This document shows positions 14,801 through 27,626 of a stretch of 64,000 bases of DNA, piece by piece (positions within the stretch are counted from its first letter, which is position 1; every line of letters starts with the position of its first letter). Source of the stretch: Pecten maximus (taxonomy: Eukaryota); assembly GCF_902652985.1 (NCBI RefSeq), contig NC_047017.1, positions 7,378,001 to 7,442,000 of the forward strand, read 5' to 3'. Both the position numbers and the translations under genes were made by a program. The notes beneath the pieces were generated by a model. That model searched no databases. It saw only the letters and a list, made by a program, of their open reading frames with translations, and was not told where the DNA came from.

Positions 14801-16362
14801 GTTTTGTGTTCTTCTTTTGTGCAACTCGGTAACTAGATAATTATCGAATTTACACTGATAAATATAGTCAACCTCGATGATTCGAACTTCGTTGATTTGA
14901 ATTTCTCGCTGTATCGAACTACATGTATAACGCTACTAACGAACCTATGTATGATTCGAACTATTACAAATCGATTTTTTCGATGTATCGAACTTTTTTC
15001 ATGGTCCCGTTAGCTATGATATTACACGTAATTGACATTTCATGATTCGAACAAAAAATTACCTGTACTGACCACCGGGCAGGTGTTTGTCGTGACCCCA
15101 CGCGTCAGCAACAAAACAAAAAACAAAAACAAAACAACAAATAAACAATAAATGAATAGCAGCGTCCTCAAAATGATAGCTTATAAGACTGAAAAATATC
15201 TGCCAAATATAGAGACGCGGAAGGATATAAATTTTGCTGGATGTAATTAATTACAGATTTGAAATGGTTAAAAGAGAACATCAAATGCAGGGGTTATAAT
15301 AGCGTAAATTACGTAGCTTTTGATAGTATATAACAATACAACAATTAGTGTATTACACCCGTGTTGAAGGTGGAGTTACCTCCCTTTTACAATGTATGCT
15401 ACCTAACAAACAATCCTTCTGTTTTGCGATGGAATTGTCACCCTACGCATGCTTTATTGACACCTATCGATATTGTCATCAATAATTAGTGATTAATAGA
15501 GTGAATGAATGAAATATCACTATATTTTCAACGCACTGTAGGACAGGAAATTATAGCCCACCTATAACTAATCATATCGCTAAGTAAGGAGGCATATATC
15601 CGTGAGACGTACAATGGGTCGGTAATTATGATATATTGGAAGTATTGATTAAAAAACCGTGTCGTATACTGTTTCGATTTCAATCAATAACAGATTCAAT
15701 AGTAACAATAAAATAAACTCACTTCAAAGGAAAAACTGATCTTGGACCTTCATACACAGCGTAGCTGAATGCCAATATTGGCTCAGTACTAAATAATACA
15801 TTGTATATGCTTACTATTTAAACATTTATTCTTTTATATAGCTCTAGCATCGTAATGATATCATATATACTAAAACACAGGCTGATCTATAGAAAAAAAT
15901 ATTAGCCCCTATTCTTATTTGTAAAGAGAAGGAGTTGGGGCTAATATTTTTTTTGTTACTACTAACCAGAATCAGATGTCTGTGACTGAAAGTACATCAT
16001 TTCACACAGTTCAATATTACAACAGGAATTATAACATAATAACACAAATGACGAAGGAAGGACATTTTACAGCTTGATGTCCTGACCGGGCCTCGAACTC
16101 AGGATTCTCTAATCTCCTAGTCGGACATACTTGAAGCTCATATTTCTGATACTATTAAATTTATATATACTGTAGCAAACCTATGTCAGATACGTATGTG
16201 CGTAAATATTCTCATCAGTTTGACCACAGATTAAGTGGCAGACACATATAAACAATTACATCAGATGTACATAGAAATATGTTGATTATCAAAATGGCAC
16301 CATGATCCCTAACACTACCTTCAGGGATTACAGCAGAACCTAAGCAAGGCGATACGTACCAT
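11846..16362 (-). CDS. Divergent calmodulin-like EF-hand protein (153 aa)
   Basis: Exons 16360-16362 (ATG|gtacgt), 14548-14578 (31 bp, ADDFTEEQLA), 13734-13877 (144 bp), 12376-12627 (252 bp), 11846-11877 (KFVEMMIGPP*). All introns GT-AG, 462 nt in frame, intron positions identical to CaM. Confidence 0.9.
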
Positions 16363-18241
16363 TTCTGTTGGTAATTATTCCTCCAATGTATTCGCGTTCT
16401 GTTGCACCAGTTTTCCTAACTGTCTTTGTCTCGTACACTGCTGTTTACCTATCGGATATGCGTCAATAATCACGTCAATAAATCATCACTGTTGATCAGA
16501 ATTGTTGACACAATGTGACGTTGCTTCGCGGTGGAGATGGAAGCTGAAGCTATGACAACTGCTATGACTCCTTGCGTTAATGGGATATATCGGTGCCAGG
16601 TTAAGCCTGGGCAAGCACACTTCCCTCTGACGAGCCTAATACATTATTGACTGGCGTGAAAAGGCCGTATAGTACAGTAAAGTTCTATAGTACAATATAG
16701 ATCTATGCCTTGCAAACAAAAGACGAGTGTGTATAACCTTGCACTATTACATAACTATTCATGAAATTGATATTTCTCTTAGACTGGTAATGATCACACT
16801 TCCCAATGTACAAGTGCGTGGCAAATATATCTGAAGCAATTTGCTTTAATTACATGTATCAATCTGTTATGTATTAACCAGGTATGACGTCACCTCTGTT
16901 CCAGTGGATTTTGTGTCAGTGATTAAGTCTTTTCCCATCTCCATTTTTCAAAACCACAATCAGAAATGTCATGTCCAAGCATTTATGCAGTTGCTGAAAG
17001 TCTAGCCTTTTAGTGATTCATGTTTTCGACTTGATTTAAATGAACAGTAAAAACAGTTTCCAAACAAATGGTCAATCGACAGGAATGACATTAAGGACAA
17101 GTGTACTGGTTGATCGATAAAATATAAATATATTTCATCAACGCCCTATCGGGATTTTCCTATGCAGACATTTGTGGCTACATTTTACTTAATTACACAA
17201 TTTCGTACCTAGCTCGTGTCAGCTGAATATCGACAGAATATGTCGATACCTCTTACAGCATGTCATTAGAAAGTAATTGATTGAAAGGTCCCAGCAAACT
17301 GTTTGTTTGATCAATAAAATACGTGTATTAAACAAGTAAAGGGACATCCATTTTGGATTTGAACATGAGATAAGTGTTTTTTTGTACCACTTGCAAAATC
17401 ATTATTAACCAGATAACTTCCTAATGGTTTGATCTTGTACCGGAGATACTGTCATAAATATTTAGAATGGTGTTAGATTATTTCGGCATTTTTGACTCTG
17501 TACTTGAGATTATAAGGGCGTTACTGATAACCTTTTAGTCCTAGTTTATGTCTCGGTTATCATTACTTTGTTGATATGTTGTCTCTTTACTTATTTCTAT
17601 TCTGAACAAATTTGTGACACTCTGTCAATATTCCGTCATATGATTTTGCCTGATTTCGATACCTGAAGATATGCTACCCTTTCGTCACACTATATTGCCT
17701 GATTGCTATACTTAAAGACGAATGGGACGATATGGAGTATAAATTGTAACTATTTCCTCAAACTAGTTTGCACTCTGCAATACTTAAAGAAAATGGGACG
17801 ATATGGAGTATTAATGATGCCATTACGTCATACTATTTTGCCCTATTGCGATACTTGGTGCGATGACTCGTATCACAATACACGTGTATCTATTGTTGTT
17901 TATATATATGTTACAGATCCCATTCCTTTGATGGATTTCCTGGTTTCTTTTGGAATATCTTTTTGTTATTCAATAACGATCGTTTATTTCTGTTTTGTCA
18001 ATATTACCCTCTTTCTTCCAAATATTTCTTCGTCAATTTTGCTGCTTACTACATTGTATTATTGTGGAACATTTCGTTAATTTTTAAATGAAGTCAACGT
18101 GGTTTTAACTTCAACCAACAAGATTTATAGACTTTAATTCATTTTAATAAAGAGGAAATGACAATGACATAATATTTATAAAAAATGCATATGTGAAATA
18201 TTTGATTAATATGTCCGTTTTTGTAGGTTATAACTTGTCCA

Positions 18242-21200
18242 TTATTTCTTCTCCATCATCATGGTGACGAATTCTGAAATAGTAACAAAACCACATAAAA
18301 AGTGCAATATCTATCTTTTTTCACGCAATTAATAAAAAAAAGAATGATGCAAAGTTCACTCAACCATTCACACGGCGAGGTCTTTTAAATCGTTTTGAAA
18401 TTAATCATGTAAAATATTTGAGTAATTTATTTTGGCTGAAAATACCTTCTATATTTTTCTAGTACTTTTCCGGTTTTTTTTTTTTTTTTTTTGTTATTGG
18501 GTACACATACCTTCGTAATTCACCTGACCATCGCCATCAATGTCTGCTTCTCGGATCATCTCGTCAACTTCCGTATCCGTAAGCTTTTCGCCGAGATTTG
18601 TCATCACATGTCGTAATTCCGCCGCGCTGATGCAGCCATTTCCATCTTTGTCGAACACTCGAAATGCCTCTCGTATCTCTTCGTTTGACTCGGTATTTTT
18701 CATCTTCCGTGCCATCATCAAAAGAAACTCCGGAAAATCTATTGTACCGTTTCCTTTAAAATTTAATTGGGATATTAATTCAATTGTATTGTCATTCGTC
18801 ATACATTTGGTGATTTTTGTAACATTTGTGAGTGGCTGTAATTTGTTTATTTAGGTATATATGGTAACAATTAAACCATTTGTTTGATTTAGTAATGACT
18901 TGGTAATGATACCTTGGCCTATCACGGTACCCTCTACTAATACTGGATATATACAATAAAGGTTTTGTAATATATTTCAAATAGTGAATTAACACTCCAA
19001 TTCCAATTTAGTATGATAATGGAATTAATTTCTAATTAAAACGCCCATGAAATGAAAATCAAAGTATCAGAGAGTATGCGCAAAATAGATAACTATCCAC
19101 AAAACAATATTTGAACAATAATTCAATATAATCAAAATTAATTAACTGTACATACCGTTCACAAGTTAGCCATTTCTGTAAAGTATTATCATATCTCTAT
19201 GTATACATTACAAGGCAAAGGTAAAACCTTCAAACCCTTTATTTAAATGTATACCTGCCACATAGAACATAGAATAAATATACATAGAATCAATTATGGT
19301 TTGTGATCTTACGAAAATGGTATACGTTCGATACACATCCTATGTAAGTAAAAATTAAAGAAACAGCTTGGGGTATAACTCAGTTATTTTTTTGTACATA
19401 CCATCTGTGTCCACCTCGTTGATCATGTCCTGTACCTCAGCCTCCGTTGGGTTCTGACCTAGTGACCTCATCACTGTCCCCAACTCTTTGGTCGTAATGA
19501 TTCCATCACAGTCTTTGTCAAACAGGCTGAACGCCTCTTTAAACTCTGACAGATAAAATGACAAAACATTCAAAGAGAATATTTTGTGAAAATAGTTTTT
19601 GTCCTTTTTGATGTTCTTACCCATTACCAAAGGCACATCTCGTTAGACTGGAATTTTGATTTCTTTAGGAAAAGCTCGGATATGGACTTTCCGTATTAAA
19701 GATGCATAGCATTAATAAACCAGAGTAGCTATCGAATTAACGTATGGATTATACATATGTAATTCAATGACGAAAACCGTGTTTAAATTGGTCAAGGCAC
19801 AGTTTAATGGATCTTTAACATAGCAAGAATTTTTTTCTGAATATTGAAATTATACTCAGAGATTACATTTAAAAAGGCTTAAAGCTGAATCAATATAAAT
19901 TAAGTCATTTCTTTTCCTAATATATCCTTTACACAAGGACAATTCGCATAACGTGTGACGGTTATTTATATTAATATATGTCTAAGCATCGTTTGCTCTT
20001 TTCTATATTCAATAGGCCTTTTTATAAATTAATGATTATCAACTCGAGTTAGACAATAAAATACTCAACCAACATGAGTCTGGGAAGATGTATATGTTGA
20101 AAAGATTATTAACAAAATCAGTTACGTATACCAATCAGTGGGGCTAACACAAATATACAAAGATATCGAACATTAAATAAAAACCATAATGTTATTCATC
20201 CAAAGCGCCACTTATGCAAGCATTTTAGAATAAAACAACAGTGAGCAAATTCGTTTGAAAAATGGAAGATTCTTGGGTATTATACAAGTACTTATATATT
20301 ATTATCTAACTATACATTTCACATATTTAGTTTACGTGTTATGTTGGTACCATAATATAGTAAGCTATGTATCTGTGTGTTGAACAATTTAAACCCGGTT
20401 TCATTAGTGAAGGGAGATAATTCATTTCTGTTCGTAGATTTCCCTAAAGCTGATATGCAATGGTAACTGCTAAACATATTATGAACACACACATACCTGC
20501 TATTTGTTCTTCTGTCAACTGGTCAGACTGCAAGGAAGAAACGGTTTGTTGTTGAGAATTGAAAACACATATCAAACAAATAATTTAATGTCAAACTGTC
20601 AATATTCTGAATCAGCAGGAGTTTTTGTTGTATCAATAAAATCAATATATCCTCGTTTAATTTTTTTTTTTTTTTGTCGATTAACGTATATTAATAATGT
20701 TATCTTTAAAATAATAACAAAACAAGATTATAACAGGGGGTAAGTGAAACCGTATTTCTAATTGAAAGTCGATATACTGATGCAAAAATGAACAGACGAA
20801 TGTTTTAAATGGAACATTTTAATAAAAAAAAACCACAAGAAATAAGACTTGGTGTTATAGGCTGGTCAGTGTTTTCTGATTCATCACCGACATCCACTGT
20901 CAATCAAGGATAAGCCCAAAATGAGAAGGAAGTTTTAGGTAAAGAACCACAAAGCTGCGTTTAATCACCAGCAACATGCTACCTCCCATTTCACGAGAGC
21001 ATTACCCTACTACGATCCATGGAAACGAACAAAAACACTTCATTGTAGTTTGTATCTTCAGTGTTTCAATATTAATACATTACAAATTAACTCGTTGGTT
21101 TACATAATTTCCAACAACTTTTAAAGTTAATAAATGCTCCGCAGAACAAATACAAAATGTATATTCGTGAGTTTAACCCAAACAGGTTGATGAAGAAATA

Positions 21201-22846
21201 TAACTTTTTATAATAATAATAAGTTTAATTCAAATCATGAATCTTAAAACTTTATCACATATGATACTGTATACATATGATAGATACTGTATAACACATA
21301 CTTGATAAGGTATCGCCTACCTCTAATTAATAACTTCATGTATTACTTTGATATCATTTCATTTCTCTCGTTATGGTTTGTTATCGATATTGATTATGTG
21401 TTACTTCATACTATTCATTAATGAATGCAGTATGGCTATCATGCTTCACGTCGAGGTCATACATTGACGCCGCGTTCCAGTGTATTGGTATGGACTTACG
21501 TTTAATATGCATGACAGGATTGCTATCATTTACATGATTACTAAACACACCTGTATAAAACTTATACTACTTAAATTTATAATGCAAATCCTATCACGAA
21601 ATTTAGCGACATGTTTTCCCCATGTCATAACGCTAAATACAAAAATATTGTTATTTTCCACAAGGGAATTTGTAATGTGATATTAACTAAATCGATTGAA
21701 ATGTGCCAAAACAGAAAATGTTTGAATGTTTAAATTATGAATTGGTTTCAATGTTACTCATGCAATAAACCAACCAGAAGCATCGCAAACGAATAGATGG
21801 AATTCTCATCCGACAGGTAAACCGAGTCCCAACTGACGATTATTTTTTTAATAATGTATCTTTGTCGTCAACACATATTGAAATAGCTCAACCGGAACAA
21901 CTTGTTTATGACAATGAAAGGATATTTTACTAATTCGACATTCGGGTGCAAATTATTATGCAATTAGTTTGATCTCGTACTTTTTTTCAACAAATCAATT
22001 GACATTTTTAATATCTGACAATTACGTAGTGTTCTGACAAGGAGAAGCTATAAATTGTCATTGTATTCATAAGAAATCATGCATATAGTCATTGTGGCTA
22101 TGTATGTTAAAATCGAAATATACCAACATTCGAAGGCCATCGTAACGCCAAATCGATAACATAATAACAAAGAAAGAACGGAATATATATAAAGCGACCC
22201 ATGGAAATTAGAAACTAGAATAAATTAAGCACATCGGCAATGTAAAATGGTGATGTACATATTATCACTTTTACTGTATGAAAATATAGATATAAACGGG
22301 TAACATTTATCATAAAACAAAACCATACATATCCAAATTCGGAAAATTTGATTTTTGATGTGATATCGGTGTCGCCACGCTGAAGTATGAAATTTTTTTA
22401 ACGAAGTAAAAATTTAATTTTCGCTCAAACATCTTTATCAGTATCTTTGGTAATAGGTATAGTAACTAGGTAGTTCATGAACAATTGTTCGTTAGGAAAC
22501 AGTCTATGTATTTTAAGCAAGTATTTAGAATAATATCGCAAACCTCTGAAATTCACTTCATATCCTAACGATGGTATAGTATGAATACACAGTTTCTACT
22601 AATTAATGACAGTATGTGTTGGCCATTATGGTAAGCAATATCATTCTAATAAAAACTTTCTTTGAATGCTATATAGCGATAAAACATTACGAAGAACAAA
22701 TCTGAATACGAACAATATTCAACATAATACAATTTTCCAAAATGGACAATAATATAAAGAAATATATTTCGTAAAAATTATTCAAATCATGCAACGACAT
22801 AAAGTAATTATGACAGTCTAGAACTTATTGTTCATGTACTCACCAT
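18242..22846 (-). CDS. Calmodulin paralog (150 aa, two Cys substitutions), CaM-3
   Basis: Exons 22844-22846 (acaATG|gtgagt), 20497-20527 ([10 protein letters not shown]), 19402-19545 (144 bp), 18511-18753 (243 bp), 18242-18273 ([10 protein letters not shown]). Total 453 nt, in frame. Confidence 0.93.
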
Positions 22847-23367
22847 TGTTATTGATGGCGATGTGGACCTTCCAATCTGGCTCTGCTATTCGGAATGAGG
22901 CGTTTTATTAATGATGAACTGGTTGTGTGTAAGTATTAATTATTTAGAACTAATAATCAACAAAATGGCGGGATAATATGGTATTTGATATATATTTCAA
23001 TGAGTCAACATCGGCTCTGTTGGGCTGCACAATGGAATGCGATTACATCGCTAGTTACAGCTGGCAACAGCGTTAACGCCATTATAGATTAATATCACTC
23101 ATTAAATCTCTTAAAGCTATTATTTATCACGCGCTCCCCATGAAATCTACGTCCTAATAAAAATAACACAAATAGGTAATGGTTTTCAGGTATTTTTGTG
23201 AAAAAATACAATATATTAATAATATCTTTAAAAAAAGATTTTGTTTTACTGATGATTTCTATAAAAAAAAAATTATTCGTATTCATGTTTACAAATGGAA
23301 TCGTTACGAAACGATCGGGTGTGGCGTGGGACACCTAATATCTATACTAATATATAAATCACCTAGA

Positions 23368-23382
23368 TGTCGCATTGCGACA
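23368..23382. promoter_or_regulatory. Palindromic motif TGTCGCA-T-TGCGACA upstream of CaM-3
   Basis: Perfect 7+1+7 palindrome sharing ATGTCGCATTGCG with the motifs at 1058 and 9273. About 520 bp upstream of the CaM-3 ATG. Confidence 0.5.
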
Positions 23383-23812
23383 AATATTTCTAATAAAAGA
23401 TGACATCACTACCTGACCAACCACTCTCGCTAACACAGGTGGTATTGTCATAATTTGCACTGTGTTCTGACAGGTAGATTTGCCGCAACTGCTTTTATAC
23501 GTTCTACATTCAACCGCACTTTTTAAAGTACCCAATATCCTAAAGTTTACTGAAGTGAAATTCACTAATTGGTTAATTAAGGAATAAATGCAGTTCACCT
23601 TTTACATGTAACATATGGTTTACACTTTTTTTCATTTGCCTAACTCTGATTCTAATGTTTCTAATATGGTTTCCATCCAAGTTACAATTTGCTGTATACC
23701 TAATCAGGGCCAACCTGGCAAAATTGCATTTAGTTTGTATTTTTTGTTTTCAATGGTATTGTGGGATGCATTTGTAAATACAGTTTTAGAAGATACCTGA
23801 AAGTCGAACTCG

Positions 23813-23841
<29 letters not shown>
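23813..23841. repeat. (TA)n microsatellite
   Basis: About 14 TA units. Confidence 0.95.
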
Positions 23842-23844
<3 letters not shown>

Positions 23845-24404
23845 TATGTAAATTGATAATATTGTAATTTTTAACGCATTGTGTCGCAGGAGGCACGTGT
23901 CAAATCTCATTATAGATTTCACAACTGAGAATAACTGTGTCGAACACAAGTAGCATGTGAGTAGAAAGAACCGGAAGTTATTTAGAAATCGTGGCCTAAA
24001 CTCTCATGCATTACGCCAAAAGGATGAAGAAATAGTGTCTCGCTTCCGATGACGATGGGTGTATTTATAGTACAACTGAACAACATTTGAATGGGAATTT
24101 TTTGCATTTCTAATAGCCCTAAGTGCTTGTATCGTTATGAGGATATAGTTTAAACATAAACAACATACATAGCTTTACATGTTTATGTAAAGAAAAAGGA
24201 TGTATCTTGAGTTGTAAATTGACTTTGTTAAGGTACTAGTCTCACTAGTTGAGTAATAACTATCAGCTTACCAATATCCACCATTTGAAGTTTAAAGTCT
24301 AAAAATAATTTCATTAGCAACGGTAAAGCTTATACATGTATATATATAATTACTAAGTGACTCATCAAATAGTGTAGGATCGGGAGATCAGATATTCCAA
24401 AATC

Positions 24405-25760
24405 AAGCTGTTAACGGGGCGATAAACCCACTTAACAAACAAAATCTCTACATTTGCAATTAATTAATACAGTTTGGAGTAACTGCGTACTCGCGTGATT
24501 TGTTGCAAAACAAACACTAGTTGTATACAATACATACACTAGATGTATAACATAATATCCAAAATGATATTTTAGTCAGGTATACACTGCGTCGCATTTA
24601 ATACAGGGTGGACGGTTAAGAAGACACGGATGTCAAATTAACTGTTTGGTTCGCGTGTTCTTGCTTATCCACTTTTCCATAAAATTCGTTAGGCTAACGT
24701 TATGTAACCGCCATCGTACCACAGTTAAGCATATGCATGATATAATTATGTGCATGTGTCAAATTCCCTTGAATTTAACTGGTGAAATTACCAACTATCT
24801 GCAACCCAAATGCTAGAACGAAAGTCAACATTCCCAAACTTTGTATTTTTTTTATCAGATATCTCAAATGCATCAATAAGCTAACGCCATAAGCTAGCAT
24901 AGAGGCATAGGCACTTGTTTTCGGTAATTTACATCCAGGGTTAAAATTATCCTCGATATGTAGTATACACAGAGGATAATTGTAACGCAGGTGTTAATTA
25001 CCATGTTCAGGTGTCTCTGGTACAGGTAAGGAAATCTCCTTACAAAAATATACGTTCGATCTAGCAAGTTGATGCTATATAGAATGATGTTAATTTCATC
25101 CATTACTGCTGGTTTGCCTGTGAGACAGGGTATTCAGTGTTTCTAGATGTAGGTCGGTCGTGATTATTATCTGTGAAGGTGAAGGGTAAGTTGACTTCAA
25201 CTTGACATTGAAGCTTTCTGGTTGGGCTGTTAACTATTTGAGCTATTTTAACGTTTACATCTTTTTAACTTTGTAGATAGTTAGCATTCATCCTGCCAAA
25301 GTATGTCCGAGAAAACGATGATTTTAAAAGGAGTCAAAAAATACCTTAACGAGCTAGAAATGGAGGAACAGAGGAGGGGGTTATTTATAATAATATATAA
25401 GACCCAAAATGTGTGTGTCTGTTTTGAGAGAGTGAGGGGGGGGGGGGGGGGGGGGGGGGAGGGAGGGAGGGGGTATAAATGTAAAAACCGTTCTTATTGT
25501 TCACGAAATCTCGTTTTATGGACCTATGGTCATCAATGGTAAAGGAAAGATCTGTATATAGACGTTTAAAAACCCAAATCACTTGAGAGACTATCATTTA
25601 TTAGCCAATGAACGCTTTCATAAGCAGCTATAGGGTATATATGGATGCGGAAGTAACGTCATATAGTACCAGATGTTGTGAAATAAAAGGTGTCTTAGAT
25701 GGAAGTGACGTGACAAAGGTTATTACGTTGGTGCTCATAGGTACTTATGGGAAATGAGGT
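24405..25760 (-). pseudogene. Orphan Kelch-gene promoter/exon-1 cassette (relic of a third paralog)
   Basis: Homologous to 31240-32364+33628-34020 and 43100-44188, including the SINE tail. ATG kept at 25101-25103, but the donor is mutated (ATGGAT|ga versus ATGGAG|gt). No Kelch exon downstream. Confidence 0.6.
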
Positions 25761-26242
25761 AAGTTTTTTTTCCCGAGAATGGTTCATACTACAATAGTCC
25801 GAATACTACTAAGAATTTAAATGGGTCTTTTGGCTATATTTCCCTTAGTAGCTCTTCCCGTCCAATAGCCTTCGTTTATTCAAGATTAGTTTTCCTTTAC
25901 TCAATAACCCTCGGCTTGCTCCATCAACGAAATCAAGCATATAGATCCTAGTGATTATACGTTTTCAAAGAGAAACTTGGCAGTGACAGTGAATCCATGT
26001 TGCACAGAATACTTATAGTATCAATGATATCAAAAATTCTTAATATTTCACAGGGAGATGGAATCTCTTGTGGTTAGTGCGATTGCCCAAAGCTCTAGAG
26101 ATTCAGACTGGCTATTTTCACATTTGGTCTCTACAACTTCACCAGCACATCAACATATTGTGCAGGTTAGTCCTAAGAATATTTATAATATTTTCAAAAT
26201 ATCCTTCCATACCTTCCTAAATGTTATACGTGTAATGGCATG

Positions 26243-26535
26243 GGGCTGCGGTAGCTCAATCGGTTACAGCGCCGACCACGTATCATCAGGTGAAGATCTG
26301 ATGTACTTGATTGAACTTTCCTTCCAACTGTCGGTTTGTGGCTTTCGGGAAACTGAGAAACAGACCGGTTCGTGCTGCTGTGTTAGTGTCTTTTGACACT
26401 TTACCCTAATTGCTCTTAATGACATACGACGGGCATCCCGTATGTTGTTTAATGAGGTAGTCACCAACTACTACAAGGAGATTCCGCCTCAAAATGACCC
26501 TGATTGTTCAAGGGGCGATAAACCCAACAAACAAC
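26243..26535 (+). mobile_element. tRNA-derived SINE
   Basis: Head ggggctgcggtagctcaatcggtta. Body gaggtagtcaccaactactacaagg..aatgaccctg..ggggcgataaacc. (CAAA)n tail. Same family as 30975 and 42837. Confidence 0.8.
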
Positions 26536-27626
26536 CAATCGTTAAGACATATAATGATATGGCCCCTTGCCATTTCGACGACCCATTCGGAAAATAGATA
26601 TGATGCCAAAATTTAAATACTTTAATCTTGGATTGAAAATATAAATTCATATAAATACTTGATAATGTCATGTAAGATTGGCGTTAACTATCACAATATC
26701 AAAACTACTCAAGTTTATAAATTGGTGTTTGCATTTGTATCAAAACCTTTGGAAACGCTAGTTTCGAAGCTGGTTTTCCTACATAAGACATCGTTTCGAT
26801 GCCCTAAGGTTGAACAAACAATATTTTTCTTTCGCGGTTTCTTTCGAATGAAACATCTAAACACTTTGAGTACACATATTTATTTATAATCTTGGATAAG
26901 GTCTAAGACATAGCTAGGTCCCTGGTTAAACATGTAGTACAGATATATCTTTGTCTTCATAATTTTCAATGTAGAGACATCCACACTGCCTCTTAAGTAG
27001 ATATTAGCAATGCTGTGTCGTATAGCAAGATACATAGTGAACCGCGTGTAGACATAATCAACTAATGATCACGTGTAAGATGTGGTTTTCATACAATAAG
27101 TACAGTAACTTGTGGGCTATTAGTTTCCCCATGGTTGGAAATCCTAGAAGCTCTTGTCGATTGACTCAGAGCGGAGTCTCGCGGGTTTCTGAAAAATGGT
27201 TTTCCAAGATTTCAGGAATGAAGAACTGGTACAAAGCTATAGATTCAAGCATTGAAATGTCAAAGATGCATTAGTTATCATAAAACCTCCATATCCTCAT
27301 CCTCGCTCCGCGGCGACAATCACAAATTTACAATTGTGTTACATTCGTTAAAGGATTAGTCGCGATAAACAGAACAATAACTGCTGAAAGTTTGCATTGT
27401 TTGGCCAAACACGATTGACAAGATCTTCCTTTCGCTTCCATTTCAAGTGAAACATACGTGTGTCATTAATTCAATATAAAAAGAATATATTTATATATGT
27501 TAACGAATTTATGTAGGTCTGCTGCATAATTAATTAGTACATGATTTTTAATTCGTGTTTACTGATTCAATATATTGTTCCCGTTTTCCATGATTGCAGC
27601 TCCAAACCTAAACAATCTGGAAAGTT

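Noticed and set aside
16075-16130. tRNA-like fragment with box B on the minus strand
   Set aside because: Too short and degenerate to separate a SINE head from a solo TRIM LTR. Not a tRNA gene.
11846-16362. Calling the divergent gene troponin C, centrin or a myosin light chain
   Set aside because: Its exon structure and N-terminus are calmodulin-type, and its EF-hand pattern does not match molluscan TnC. No symbol assigned without a phylogeny.
24894-25103. 69-aa ORF MDEINII...
   Set aside because: Read-through from the dead Kelch exon-1 ATG into former intron sequence.
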